The notes beneath the pieces were generated by a model. It saw nothing but the letters and a program-made list of their open reading frames with translations, was not told the DNA's origin and did not search any database. A stretch of 64,000 nt of DNA from Lama guanicoe (lineage: Eukaryota), in the NCBI GenBank assembly GCA_013239625.1, contig MU053559.1, positions 620,001 through 684,000 of the forward strand, given 5' to 3'. Shown here one piece after another: positions 50,406-64,000 of this stretch. The position numbers and the translations under genes were made by a program. How positions within the stretch are numbered: the first letter of the stretch is position 1; each line of letters opens with the position of its first letter.

Positions 50406-51151
50406 AACCCATTCTTAGCTTGTGGGCCACATTTGGCTTGTAGGCCATACTTTACTGTCCCCTGATCTGCACTGTCAAATTTCTTGTCATAAAATTGGTC
50501 GTAGTACTCTTTTATTATCCTTTTAATGTTTGCAGTATACCAGCCCCTTGTTAATGGGCCTTTTTATTGTTTCTAATTTTTCTTTGATATATAATAGTAT
50601 AATAATAAGAATAATAATAAGAATCACAGCTACTGTTTCTTAAGTGCTTACTGTGTACCATGCACCATTATAATAAATTCTAAGATAATTAACTCATCTG
50701 ATTTACCCAGGAGCGCTTTGTAATAGGTACTATTATTATCCTCCTTTTTCAGATGAGGAAACTGAGGCATAGCTAGTACATAGTCTAGCCAAGGACTCTA
50801 AAGCAGTGAAGTCATAAATAAGGGAAGAACTATAATACATCTTTGTATATTTGTCAAATATTTATGTAGGCCAAATTCTTAGATGTGGGTGTCTTAGGTC
50901 AGAGAGCAAACATGTGTAAAATCTAAAGAGTATTTCTCAAATTGTAATTTGATGTTGTGTAATTAGCTTCCACACGTGGCCACAAATCATTTACAAGGAA
51001 GCCCTTGTCCCAGTATTTTCCCAACTACCAGATAAAATCAGTGTTTTTCATTCTTGCTATTTTTACAGTGGCATATTCTCTCTTATTTTAATTTACTTTT
51101 CTTTAATGGTTAAATGAGCACCAGCATCTTTTCACATATTTATTTGCCATT

Positions 51152-51232
51152 TTTAAATGGAGGTACTGGGGATTGAACCCAGGACCTCATGCATGCTAAG
51201 CATGTACTCTACCACTGAGCTATACCCTCCCC
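51152..51232 (-). mobile_element. vic-1-like SINE inside an old L1
   Basis: ggaggtactggggattgaacccaggacc...gagctataccctccc; flanked by ttatt(t/a)gccatttt. Confidence 0.85.
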
Positions 51233-52714
51233 ACCTTTATTAGCCATTTTGTATTTCTCTGTAAGTCTCTCCTTTCTTTCTTTGTCTTTTGCTTACTGCT
51301 TTTTAACGGCTTTCTGTGTATGAGTAATATGAATTTTGAAGTACACATTAAAACCTTTGTTTTTCCTTTTGATTAGGTGATGTTTTGTCTCTCAAGCTTG
51401 CTGTGTGTCTCCCCTCACTAGAATATAAGATCCTTGAGGGAAGGTATTTTGGCTGGGTTTCTTTCCTTCTGTGTCCTCAGTCCCTAGAACAGTGTCTGGT
51501 ATTTAGCAGGTGCTCAATAATTGCTTTCTGAGTAGATGGATGCTTTTTTTACTTAGCAATATAGCAACTTGTTACCTATCAATCTACTTAGAGCTTCTTT
51601 GTTGCTTTTAATGGTTGTGTATGGTATTTCCTTGTAGGGATTGAAGCATAGTTGATATTCATCTAATCCCCCATGAGGCTGTTTTCATTCTTTTGCTATT
51701 ATAAACAGTACTGTAGTGAAGTATCTTCGTATTTGCTGATTTGCTCACATATATATGTATTTATGTAGAATAATTTCCAGAAATGGAATTGCTAGTCAGA
51801 GATATGTACATTTAAAATTTTGGTGCATATTGCCCAATTAATTGCTCTTAAAATATATTGTACCAGTGTATACCCACCATTTGAGTGTGCTTGACATCTT
51901 CACCAACTCGGTGACTTAAGAAACGCTAATCTTTGATAATATATAAAGGAAACATGGTGTCTTGGTTTACTTTGCATTGCTCTTCATGTCAGTGAAGTTG
52001 AGCATCATTTCATATGTTTAGAATCCATTTGCCTTTCCTTTCCTGTGAATTGATGGTCATGTCCTATGATTATTTTTTGAGAGGTTAAGTTGTTGATCTC
52101 TTTCCTTTTGCTTTGTAGGAGCTCTATCTATTAAGTACATTAGCACTTTGTCCATCATATGTGTTGTGTATATATCTTCTCTCCAGTTCATTGCTTGTCC
52201 TTTGAGTTTGTTTATGGTATATTTCACCATATATTACATAAAGTAGTCAAATTTATCAGAGTGTCCTTTTGTGGCATCTGGGTTTTGTAGCATGATTTGA
52301 TAGAAGAGTCTTCTCCACTCTAAAATTATTTTTAAAAATTTATCCTCTCTTTGTTTTATGGCTTCTCTTTTTCTTTGTTTAAATTTTTGTTAGATCTAAA
52401 ATTTATTTTTGTGTATGGTGTGGAATAGGGAATCCAACCCTGCATTTCTTTCTGAAAACTTCCCAGTTTTGAGTAATCTGTCTCTTTGACACATTTAAAA
52501 TGCCACCTATATTATGCATTAAATTTCCCACTTCTGTTTGCATCTATTTTTAGACTCTCTAGTCTGTTCCACTAGCTATTCTTGCTAATGGCAGGATTTT
52601 ACATTGTTTTTCTCATTAAGTATGCTACACAAAGTGCATAGTAGGCTTCCTACAGGTATTGCTGTGGTAAAAATGATCAGAAGGAGCAGATTGTACAGGA
52701 ATATGCTGTTATAA

Positions 52715-53002
<288 letters not shown>

Positions 53003-53101
53003 TAAAGATTAATTTTTCCTGGGAGTTCCCTGAAATTTCTTCTTCTCCTCATGAATTTCTCAGCTGCCAAGGCCAAGGCCATTGTAATTTTCCCTTAACA
53101 G

Positions 53102-53197
53102 GGTGTTCAGATATAAAACCAGATATAATCTCCAAGCTGGAACATGGAGAAGACAAGTGGATCATAGAGAGTGAGTTGTCAAGGTGGATCTACTCAG
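53102..53197 (+). pseudogene. ZNF630: ZNF630 KRAB-B exon (GCSDIKPDIISKLEHGEDKWIIESELSRWIYS)
   Basis: taacag / gtaagt boundaries, 96 nt; WIIESELSRWIY matches recalled ZNF630. Confidence 0.88.
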
Positions 53198-53394
53198 GTA
53201 AGTGAGAACTGGGGAGATGGTTGAGAAGGTGTTTTCTTCTTCCTGACATGAGTGGCCTCCTTTCTTCTTTAAAATTCATAAAGCCTCCTTTTTTAACATC
53301 CATCTTACATCAGCCACCTTTTTAGAACTTCTGTCCATTGCTGTTTTCTTTTTGGTGTCTATTTGATCTTAGCTTTTTTCCCTCCTTCTTTCAG

Positions 53395-55100
53395 ACAGAG
53401 AGGAAAGCCCTGACTCTTCCCAGCAGATCATTTCTGGAGAACTTTCATTTCAAAGGGAGACATTGGAAAGAACCCTAAAGAATAGTTCACTGTACTCTCT
53501 CTTTAAAGTCTGGCATACTGATGGTCAGATGGATAAATATCAAGGAAACCAAGACAGAGTTTTAAGGCAGTTCACTGTCATCAGCTGTGAAACAATTACA
53601 AGAAGAGAGGCCCTAAATGAAATACATTTGGGAGAATATTCAGTGGATGTATAGATCTTGATCTTTCATGTACAGAACTCCATCACTTTTGATTCATGTG
53701 AAAAGAGCTTGAAATCTAATTTAGATTCACTGACTTGTAATAGGAGCTATTCAAGAAAGAGCCACACTGAGAGATTTGGATGTGGGAGACCACCTAACTA
53801 TAGTGCTTCTTGTTCTGTGCCTGAGAAAATTCACATTGGAATGAAATCCCATGGACATAGTCAGTGTGAAAAAGTTCTCAATCGTAAGCAAGCCCATATT
53901 CAGTATAAGAAAGTTCAAGCTAGGGAGAAGCCCATGTTTGCAGTGTGTGTGGGAAGAGCTTTATTAAGAAGTCACAGCTCATTATACATCAAAGAATTCA
54001 TTTTGGAGAGATACCGTATGTAGGTGGAGATTGTGGAAAAGCCTTCAGTGAGAAATCACACCTCATTGTGCATCAGAGGATTCATACTGGGGAAAAGCCC
54101 TATGAATGTACCGAGTATGGAAGATCTTTCTCCCAGAAGTCACCCTTCATTGTTCATCAGAGAGTCCACATTGGAGAGAAACCTTATGAATGTTTTGAGT
54201 GTCAAAAAGCCTTCTCCCAAACGTCACATCTCATTATACATCAGCAGGTTCATACTAGAGAGAAGCTCTTTGAATGCAGTGAATGTGGAAAAGCCTTCGG
54301 TGAGAAGTCTCACCTTTTTATACACCAGATGACTCATACTGGGGAGAAACCCTATGAGTGTACTGAATGTAAGAAGACCTTCCCTCGGAAAACACAACTC
54401 ATCATCCATCAGAGAACGCATACTGGAGAGAAACCCTGTAAGTGTAGTGAGTGTGGCAAAACCTTTTGCCAGCAGTCCCACCTCATAGGACATCAAAGAA
54501 TTCATTCAGGAGAGAAACCTTATATATGTACAGAATGTGGGAAAGCGTTCTCTCAGAAATCACCTCTTCTTATACGCCAGAGAATTCATACGGGGCAGAA
54601 ACCAAATGAGTGTAGTGAATGTGGCAAAACTTTCTCCCAGATATCACCCCTCATTATTCATCAGAGAATTCATACAGAGGAGAAACCCTACGAGTGTACT
54701 GAGTGTGGAAAGGCCTTTTCCCTGAAGTCACATCTCACTATCCATCAGAGAGCTCATACTGGAGAGAAACCTTATGAATGTAATGAATGTGGAAAGGCCT
54801 TCTGTGAGAAGTCTCCCCTAGTTGTACATCAGAGAACCCATACTAAGGAGAACCTGAATCTGCTGATTATGGGATAAGCTTTTCCTGGAAATCACAGATG
54901 ATCACATATCAGAGAACACACATGGAGGAGAAACCCTCCAAATGCAGTGACTGTGGGAAGGTCTTCTGCCAGCATATACACCTCACTGGACATCAGAATC
55001 CACATAGGTGAGGAACCTTATACACGTACTGATTGTAGGAAGGTCCCCCCCGCCTCAGAAATCAGACCTCATTATGCATGGGAAAACTCACACTGAACAG
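53395..55100 (+). pseudogene. ZNF630: ZNF630 spacer and C2H2 array exon, frameshifted
   Basis: SSQQIISGEL, YQGNQDRVLRQ and RFGCGRPP match ZNF630; in-frame TAG at 53652; frame changes near 53600, 53685, 53933 and after 54850; about 11 finger repeats in ORF 53945-54877, three lacking a Cys/His ligand. Confidence 0.88.
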
Positions 55101-55227
55101 AAATCCTATGGGTATGTTGGACATGAAAAATGTGGCACCTTCTTAACTGTAGAAGAGACTCATATGCTCCCAAGTATATCTGATTGTGCCTCCACAGAAT
55201 AGTCTGGTCAGGCCTTCAGAGTGTTCT

Positions 55228-55850
55228 GGTTTTTTTTTTTCCAGTCTTGATCATCTTTTTTTTTTTAAATTGAGGTATAATCAGTTTGTGATGCTGTGAC
55301 AATTTCTGGTGTACAGCACAATTCTTCAGTCGTACATGAATATACTTATATTCATTTTCATATTCTTTCTCACTGTAAGCTACTACAAGACGTTGAATAT
55401 ATTTCCCTGTGCTATACAGTATAAACTTGTTTATCTAGTCCACATATACCAGCCAGTATCTGCAAATCTCGAACTCCCAGTTTATCCCTTCCCACCCTCT
55501 TCCCCCTGGCAACCACAAATCTGTATTCTATGTCTGTGAGTCTGTTTCTGTTTTATATATAAGTTCCTTTGTCTTTTTGTTTTTAGATTCCACATATTAG
55601 TGATATCATACGGTATTTTTCTTTCTCTTTCTGGCTTCACTTAGAATGACATTCTCCAGGGACATCCATATTGCTGCAAATGGCGTTGTGTTTTCATTTT
55701 TATGGCTGAGTAGTATTCCATTGTATAAATATACCACAACTTCTTTATCCAGTCATCTGTTGGACATTTAGGTTGTTTCCATTTCTTGGCTATTGTAAAT
55801 AGTGCTACTATGAACATTGAGGTGCAGGTGTCTTTTTCAGTTAAGGTTCC
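55228..55850 (-). mobile_element. L1 3' end inserted just after the ZNF630 array, TSD about tcagagtgtt
   Basis: poly-T, L1 3' UTR motifs; tcagagtgtt at about 55216 and 55856. Confidence 0.8.
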
Positions 55851-57249
55851 CTCCCTCAGAGTGTTTTCAATACTGTAAGTAAGGAATGGATTTGCTCACC
55901 CTCAAAGTATCTTATCCCCTACACAGAATAAACATATCTGGAACAATTAACACTGCTTTGATGTTGTTTGGTCCTTAAAGATTTTGTAGAATTCTCTTAT
56001 GGATATATTTGGGCATGGTGCATTATTTGAAGAATATCTCTTTGTCATCCTTCTCTATTTCTTCCCTCATGTTTTCTTTGTTTAGATTATATATTTATTT
56101 ACATTGTAATTTTCATAAAAATCATCAATTTCCTCAAGTTTCTTAATTTATTTGTGAAATTTTGAATAGGTATTCTCTTACGATTCACTTAATTTTCTCT
56201 ATATATGTAGTTATTTCTTCAGTATTATTCTCATAGAGTGTGTTTGTGATTTCTTTTCCCTCAATTAGATAAACTAAAGCTAATGTATTATTTATTTTAT
56301 GCCCCTAACCTAAGACCATTTCTTGCCTTTATATCATTTTTCTGTTTTCTGATTCATTCATTTGTGCTTTTATTTCATTAAAATCCTTCCATCCACTTTT
56401 CTATTTTTTCTCTTTCTAACTTCTTTAGTTGAATGTGTAAATCAATTAATCTAACAATTCCTGTTTTATTTATAGGTATATTTTGGGCTATGTATTAATC
56501 TGAGAAGAGTCTTAGCCATTTGTGGTCCAATCTGACTGTATTCTATTTTTTGATAGGTAGATCCTACTGTTTAGCCCAATTTTGCTTGTAAGTATGACAG
56601 ATCTAATTAGTCTCAGGTATCCTAGCATATTTCCTGTTGTGCATCCTGTTTTCATTGCTTTTATGTCTTTTAATATCTCATTATGGGGCCCTGACTGCCT
56701 TGTACTGTTTTGGATGTATTACTTGTGTCTCAGAGCATAGCAAAGACAGGGTGCTTCCAAAGGGTTTTCAGGAAGATAGCATAATCCTGATATCCATAAT
56801 GTTGATAATCTGTAATACTTGGGAGATGGATTTGAGGCTGAAAAGAAACATGATGGCAGGCCTGTGGCTATAAATATTCAGAGGACTTTTTTCCTTACCT
56901 TTCCATTTAATACCATGATTTAAGATAAGTAATTCCCTTTACTGTCCATTGAGCAGAGGTGGTTTTGTTTCTACTTCATTCTTACAATAAGAGTGAAGAC
57001 TTTTTGCTCCCAGGTTTATGTCAGCAGTCTTTGCTCACCTTGAGTAGGACATGTTCTTAAAACTGCAGTGTGAATAACTTGAGTTTGACAGATGCACTTG
57101 AAGTGAAGAGTAGGCAGTAGTGGAGTGTCCATGTTTGCTGAGGTTGCTGTAGTCAAGCTTCTGGAGTCTGGCCTCCTGTGGAGTCAGTGACACAGCAAGA
57201 GTGGAGAATTTCCTAAAAATGTCCCAGAGTGTGGATAGACAATTCTTCA

Positions 57250-57860
57250 TATTCAGCAAATCTTTATTCAACAAATAGTACATGGCAGGCACAATTTTGA
57301 GGATTCTGCAGTGAATAAAGCAGACAAAAAATCTCTGCCTTCATGGAGTGATGGATACTAAAAAAGTATACATTATATATAATACTACTATATATTATTT
57401 AGGTATTTTGATTATAATAAAAATAAAATAAAAAACATTAATGCAATATATGTAACTTTTTGTTATCCATCTCTCCATGAAGGCAGGGACTTTTTTGTCT
57501 GTTTTGTTGCTTTACTTTCACCCACAACACTTAGGTACTTGTCACTGGAGGATAAGAGAGAGATAGAATATGATACATATAATGTATAAAATGTTATATA
57601 TGATGCTATATATAACATATATCATATTGTATATATAAATATAGTTATACAGCTATCTCCTCTGTTGATAAATGCTTAAGTGCTGTAGATAAAATAAGGC
57701 AGGGTAAGGAAACAAAGAGTGGCCTGTGGGATGTAGGGTGAGTAGGGAAGGCCTCAATGATAGGGTGCCATTTAAGCAGATGAAGAAAATGAAAGTGTGT
57801 TTGAAGAACAGTATGCCAGGCAGAGGGAATAGGAAGTGTAGAGGCCCTAAGGCAGAGGCA
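57250..57860. mobile_element. L2 fragments with AT-rich inserts
   Basis: attcaacaaata..ggcaggcac..gtgaataaagcagacaaaaa.tctctgccttcatggag; ccaggcagagggaataggaagtgtagaggccctaaggcag. Confidence 0.65.
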
Positions 57861-58195
57861 TACCTGCCATCATGCAGCCTGAAATCACATCTCCAGTGTG
57901 TTTCAAAAATACCTCAAGGATTTACCTTAAATGGTCCCAGATTCTTGCGACCCAGGTGCCTGAAAGAAGTGAATATAAATCCACTCTGGTGTAAGCCACC
58001 TTTTGACCCACAAATAAAATTCCAAGATGTAAGAGCTAATAGTGGAAAAAAATCACAGAACACACAAGCAAACAAGACACTACTACCAAGAGCCATAAGA
58101 AACAACAAACAGAATCAAACCCATAACATTTCCTATATTAATATGATCAGACATAGACTATAAAATAACTATATAATTAAAGTAACAAAAGAAGG

Positions 58196-58612
58196 TATAT
58201 TAGTTTACTAGGGCCGCCATAAGAAAGTACCACAGACTGGGTGGATTAAACAAAAGAAATTTATTGTCTCACAGTTCTGGAGGCTGGAAGTCCAAAATCA
58301 AGTTGTTTGCAAGATTGGTTCCTTCTGAAGGACTGTCAGGAAAGGATCTTTCCAGACCTCTCTCCTTGGCTTGTAGATGGCTATCTACTCTCTGTGTCCT
58401 TCACATTATCTTCCCTCTCTGCATGTTTCTGTGTCCAAATTTCCTGTTTTTATAAAGACACTAGTCATATTGGATTAGGCTCAACCTAGTGATCTTATGT
58501 AACTTGCTTACTTCTGTAAAGCCCCTATCTCCAAATAATATCACGTTCTGAGGTACTGGGGGTTAGGACTTCAACATACAAATTTTGAGGGGAAACAATT
58601 CAAGCCATAACA
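58196..58612 (-). mobile_element. MLT1-family solo LTR
   Basis: tatattagtttactagggccgccataag..ctcacagttctggaggctggaagtccaa..ccataaca. Confidence 0.85.
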
Positions 58613-58962
58613 GAGGAATGGAACATATAAGTAAAGAGCAGGAGAATCTAAAATGACAAAGCAGATTTTAAAAAGACTCTATCAGAACTTCTAGGAATGA
58701 AAAATATAAAAATTGTTAATAAATACTTAATAAGTGAGTTTAACAGAAGATGAGACTTGGCTTAAGATAGAATTCATAGACTAGAAGACTAATCTGAGAG
58801 ATAATTGAGAATGTAGAGCCAAAAGCCAAGGCCGTGGAAATTCCAAAGAGGTTAAAAGGTAGGGTGATAGAATAAGCAGGTCTAGCATACATCTTAAGCA
58901 GAATTCTAGTAGAAGGTGACAGAGAAAATGGAACAATGGCAGTATTTAAAAAGGTAATAGCT

Positions 58963-59090
58963 GGGAGGGAGGGTGTAGCTCAAGTGGTAGAGCGCATGCT
59001 TAGCATGCATGAGGTCCTGAGTTCAATCCCCAGTACCTCCTCTAAAAAATAAATAAGTAAATATAATTACCTCCCCCCTAAAAATCCGTT
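58963..59090 (+). mobile_element. vic-1-like SINE within an old L1 ORF1 remnant (about 58620-59640)
   Basis: gtagctcaagtggtagagcgcatgcttagcatgcatgaggtcctgagttcaatcccc. Confidence 0.85.
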
Positions 59091-60423
59091 CCTAAAAAGA
59101 TAGTAGCTGAGAGTTTTCCAAAATTGATAAGAGATCAGTCTACAGTGACAATTAGACTCTAAAGTGACTTCTCAAGGGCATCAATAAAAGTCAGAAGACA
59201 GTGGATTTATATCTTCAATATGTAGAAGGAAAACAACTTTCAATATGCGATTATATACCCAATTATATATTTATAAAAATATTTCAAGGGCAAGGTGAAA
59301 ATAAAGACACTTTCAAACAGATCAACATTTAGGGAACTTGCCCTCACTAAAGGAAATTCTAAAAGATATATCTCAAACAGAAAGAAACTGTTCCCAAGTG
59401 AACAGTCAGAGATGCCAGAATGATGAGCAAAAAAATGATAAATATGTGGGTAAATCTAGATGAACACTAACTATAAGAATCCAGAATGATAAGTCATGGG
59501 GATATGAGCAAGATAGAAATAATAGGTGGAGGTGACACCTAATAAGACATATATTGACTAAGTTTAGACTTTACTAAGTTAAAAATAAATGTTAAAATTT
59601 ATAGGGTAACCACTAAGATAATGGAAAGACTATACAGTTTCCAAATTAATACAGTAAAGAAGTAGTTGGTGTATGCGTTTTCTATTGCTACTGTAACAAG
59701 CTACCACAAGCATTGTGGCTTAAAACACATATTATGTATGTATATTGTATGTGTATTAAACAAATCTGGCTAGATTTTATTCAGACCAGATAACTGTGGT
59801 TATGCTGGGTTGGGGGTAAGGCAGTATATTATGGGGGATTTTCATTTTCATTTTCAGAGGCTTTTCCTTTCTCAATGTTTACCTATTTATATTGCTTACA
59901 TTTTTTGCTCCATGTATTGATTATGTTTGTAGGGAGAAAAATAAGAATACTTGTCTAGTGAAAGACCATAGGAGGAGGAACCTGTCTTGAGTTGGGGCAT
60001 GAACTCACAGAAATGACAGCAAAGAAGCCACGGAAAACCCAGAAAGCCTACCGTCTACCCTGTAAGCTTTTGTGAGAAACTTTTTTTTTTTAACAAAACA
60101 CAGTCTTACTAGGAGAATCCTGAGCTGAAAATCACTGATCTTTAGAAAGAACCAACAATAAAATTTCACAGGCCTAAGTTCCTGGAATCTTTACTTTCTT
60201 AGGAACTGATTTGTTTTCTCTGTACAGAGAATTTAAATCATGTAGCTGATCATGCTTCCCCTTTTTACTGTGGCTGCCAGGAAGTTCACAAATGTGCACT
60301 TTATATAGAAGTAAGGACATATGAGCTATTCATCTCTTTATTCTCTCTAAATTTCTTTAATCCTGTTTTTTCCCAATTATTTGCCCTTTACCATTTTGTG
60401 TGGAAAAACAAGTGGGAAATACT

Positions 60424-63400
60424 GTGTTGGGGGCCCTTAAGACCACGATCATATTGGATGATTCGCTAGAAGAACTCATAGAATTCAGAAAAGCTGTTAC
60501 ACTCATGGTTATAGTTTATTATAGCAGAAGATACAGGTTGAAAACAGCAAAGAAAAGAGGTTCATAGGGAAGAGCCCAGGAGAAACCAGGAGCAAGCCCC
60601 CAGTTATTGTCTCAGAGTAGAATTACCTACTTAACACTTAATTTTCCCAGCAATGACGTGTGAAAACGTATAAGAAATACAGCCAACCAGGGAAGCTCAC
60701 CTGAGGCTTGATGCTCAGGGTTTTTGTTGGGGGGGCAGTCATGTAGGCATGGAATGTCCACATGACTCACCTTAGCTACTCAGTCTCCAGCTCCTGAGAG
60801 TCAAACTAATACAGTGTAGCCTAAAGCTCCAAGCATACAAAAACAGGCTTTCACATGAATCACATTGTTAGAATAAATGATCTGGCATGAACCAAGATCT
60901 CAGATATACAAAGACACTCTTCTCAGACAAGATATTCCAAGATCTCAGAGATTATCTCCCAGGAACTGGTCAAGCACTGAAGACATTTGGAATGTACAGG
61001 GTTTGGGCAGCCCAGGCCCTACTGAATTAACCACTACTGCATAGTCCATCCCCCTGGCCCTTGGCCTAGGGTCTCTTACAGCAAAATGGTCATCTATGTC
61101 TGGGCATCCACATTCAGTGTGGTATTTAACAGAGCACATACTAGGTAGAGGAGTAGTATCAGTATGACTATTCCTAACATTTGGAGGAGCCATCATGGGG
61201 TAAGGGTGGATTTTAAGAAACAACTAATCTATCCTATAAATCCATCGTACTTTTGTACTAATTTGATTACTCATTTATCTTCTTGATTTACTATTTGTAC
61301 CTTATAATAAACCTGTACAACATTTAGCATAGAAATTAGCTGATGGCAAGCTAAATCCAGTTTTTCTTCAAGCTAGTCATTCTTCATCAGTCTTCCATCC
61401 TGAAGAGGCTTTAACTCAGTCTCCCAATACATTTGATCATCAATATATATCAGTACTATTACATGAGTTACTTACATAAGGCAGTTGTAATCTTACCAAT
61501 AGTGACACTATCTTACTGATAGTGCCAGTGTTGCACCATATCACAGTATGGTCAGGGTGCAATTCATTCCAAGTCAGTAAGAGTTACAGAGGTATTTGCT
61601 AGTCCTTGTCAACAGAATCAGCTCTTGCCCATATACCAGATATTATTCTAGACAGGCATCATTACAATTTGCCATAACTCAGTCATTTCTGAGTTCCAAG
61701 TCATTTGGGGACAAAACTAATCATCCTATTTCAATTCATGGGACTGGGACTGATTTCCTTTGTATGGGATCATATGCTGCTTTGTATTCTGTGATATAGC
61801 AAGATCCACCTCCCTTTTACTCAGAGGACACAGTTGGTATTCAGGGATAGGTTCCTGTCTCTGCTAACTATACTACAGGATATATCATTCCAATCTATTC
61901 CTGGGGCAATGGTAGTCATATTACATTGACACAGGTTACAAGGATCCCCAGAGACCTTCCGTAGGCTTGGAGGTCCATAAGATTTCCATAGGTCTGTCCC
62001 TTGAACCTCAGCAGCTGGGTGGAGGGCTATTGCCCCACGACCATTTCAGCCTCCATCTGTATTAAAACAGTCAAGTGGTCCTGTTGGGTTAGAGTTCAAG
62101 CACTTCTCCATGCTGGATCCTAGCATCATCCAGTATTATTTGTTGTGTCTGCCTGATCTAATTCGTAAAAGGGCTAACTCTCATCCTTTGCCTTCTTCCT
62201 GGAAGAGAATCTCTCTAGTCTGCTTATTCTGGATAATAAATCTTTTTCTTCTGAATGCTGCTCCTCATTAAAAACGAATTCAGCTTGTCTCATGACACCT
62301 ACACTAGTACTTTTCTCCCCTAAAGCCTTTTTCAGTCTTGTGGGCCAGTGTTGTTTAATTCACCATGCATGCTGTTATGTTATCATCGTGTACTAATGGC
62401 CTGAGTGCAGTTAGGATACATGTTTCGTACCCCACTAGAGTTAGATGAGTGGTAGGCACATCTAGATGTAATCTAGTTGGAGTACGCCATCTAGCCTCTC
62501 ATAGCCTTCCTCATCTCAGGGTGGGGCTGTCCTCCAAAGAATTTGGACTCGCCATGTGATGCCTACTGCTTTAATCCCATCTGAAATCCATTTTTTTAAA
62601 CTTTAATAGCTTTCTATCTACAAAAACAAGGGCGATATATACCTGTGTACAACACACTGCCATGTCAGGCATGCCGCTGTTATATTTTGTCCATTATAAC
62701 CAGGGACCTTTCTAAGCATTCTATCATCAAGGTTTATAGTGACATAGAAATCAATTTGCTGAAAGACTACACAATCTGATGGCCCAGTAGGGAGTAGTTC
62801 CCAGATACTCCTTCTCAAGGGATATACTTTATAGTAGACGTATCCTGAAAAACAAGAAGCAAAAGATACTGGCATGTTGAGTTCCATTCAGTCATCAACA
62901 GCTAGTCCAGGTCATCATCATATGGTATGACCAAAATGTAACCCAGAGTGATGCCACTCAGTTTGCAGGCTTCCTTCTGACCTTGATACTTTCCAAAAGT
63001 AGGGGTGGTCTCGGCAAACATGGCTTCACCTTTTCAAGCATCTGGTATAATTGTACTAAGAGACAATATCATTCTTTTGCTCTGAGCCTTTCTCACGGCA
63101 CCAGTGTCATAGTGAATTTCCCTCATTGCATAAACCATTTATTTGTTCCTTTCCCCTCAGTTACCATTTGTCCTTGTCTCTATTTGTCATTGATTTTAAC
63201 CCAAACGTTTCCTCTTTTGGAAGGGATATTAAAATCAGCTACTGTGTCAGTACAGATTGCCAACAGCAATACCAATCTAGCAATGCATCTTCCCTCAGTC
63301 CATTCCCATTCATATGGGTAGTGTTACATGGTACAGAATTAGTGGGCTACTTTGACCAATAGGTAATAGAGCTGTATTAACTGTCAGATCCTGCTGTCTT

Positions 63401-64000
63401 CAGGTATTTATGCTGGTTTCTTGGACCCTTTGTGTCCTTTTCTGGTTAGAAAAATAGGGATCTATGATGGTGAGTAACACCTTCTAATTTAGTCCAGTAC
63501 TCTGGACATTTTTGTAGCATGGTAGTAAGGGGTTACTTTTCTTCCTGGCAAAGAGATGTTTCTTTGCCCCTCTGTAAGGCCTCTTCTGTTTCCCCTTGGC
63601 TCCCTTAAACTGGGGATTGTGCATGGGAATTTCCTCAGCTCCCCAAACCCATGGATTTGGTGTGGGACTTGACTTAGCTTCTCAATCTCTGAAGATTGCA
63701 CGTGGGGGTTCACTTGGCTATTCACCCCAGAAATTATGCATGGGGGCTACCTTGGCTCTCTGCCCTGGAGACTGCATGAAGGGGTCCTTGAGCTCTCCAA
63801 TCTCAGTTTAACTATCTGCTAATCCCATGGGTAACTCATTCTGTCAGGCGTCTCTCCTTCTCTTCTTCCCTGCTTACTACATGCTTTGCCATTACTGCAC
63901 TTATTTAGTTTAATAGCTTCACAAACAGCAGAAATTTATCAAAGGAATTTTGGAACTTCAATGATCTCTTTGGGAAATTTGAGGCCTTCCCAAACGGACC
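60424..64000 (-). mobile_element. Old ERV: LTR (about 60424-61040, MER68/MER77-like) followed by degenerate internal sequence running off the window
   Basis: LTR motifs (gattcgctagaagaactca..agctgttacactcatggttatagtttatta, cagccaaccagggaagctcacctgag); no long ORF inside; family from recall. Confidence 0.55.

Noticed and set aside
55900..64000. SPACA5 or ZNF182, expected by synteny beyond ZNF630
   Set aside because: No lysozyme-like or second KRAB/C2H2 sequence seen in the window
61040..64000. Domesticated ERV env or pol ORF
   Set aside because: Only short, unrelated ORFs (up to 112 aa); the sequence looks decayed

Overview
Mammalian genomic DNA. It is most likely camelid, because it carries about 14 copies of a tRNA-derived SINE of the vic-1 type, and it appears syntenic with human Xp11.23 in reverse orientation. 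Contents in order: (1) the last 11 coding exons of an intact SLC38A5 (SNAT5) on + (387-6561); (2) about 16 kb of mostly L1/LTR/SINE/DNA-element debris; (3) one intact spliced SSX-family gene on - (CDS 29656-24228, six coding exons, 180 aa, KRAB-related domain plus SSXRD), which the ORF track misses; (4) an MLT1 MaLR provirus with both LTRs, one interrupted by a full-length RDH12 processed pseudogene; (5) a degenerate ~54-bp tandem array next to a CpG-rich promoter; (6) a ZNF630-like KRAB zinc-finger gene on + that looks disabled, with a solo ERV LTR in intron 1 carrying a 23-bp CCAAT-box array and two octamer motifs; (7) old ERV remnants at the right end. Gene and repeat names come from recalled sequences, not database searches. 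I found no clearly new biological system. The best leads are the single-copy SSX, the CCAAT/octamer LTR and the 54-bp array.
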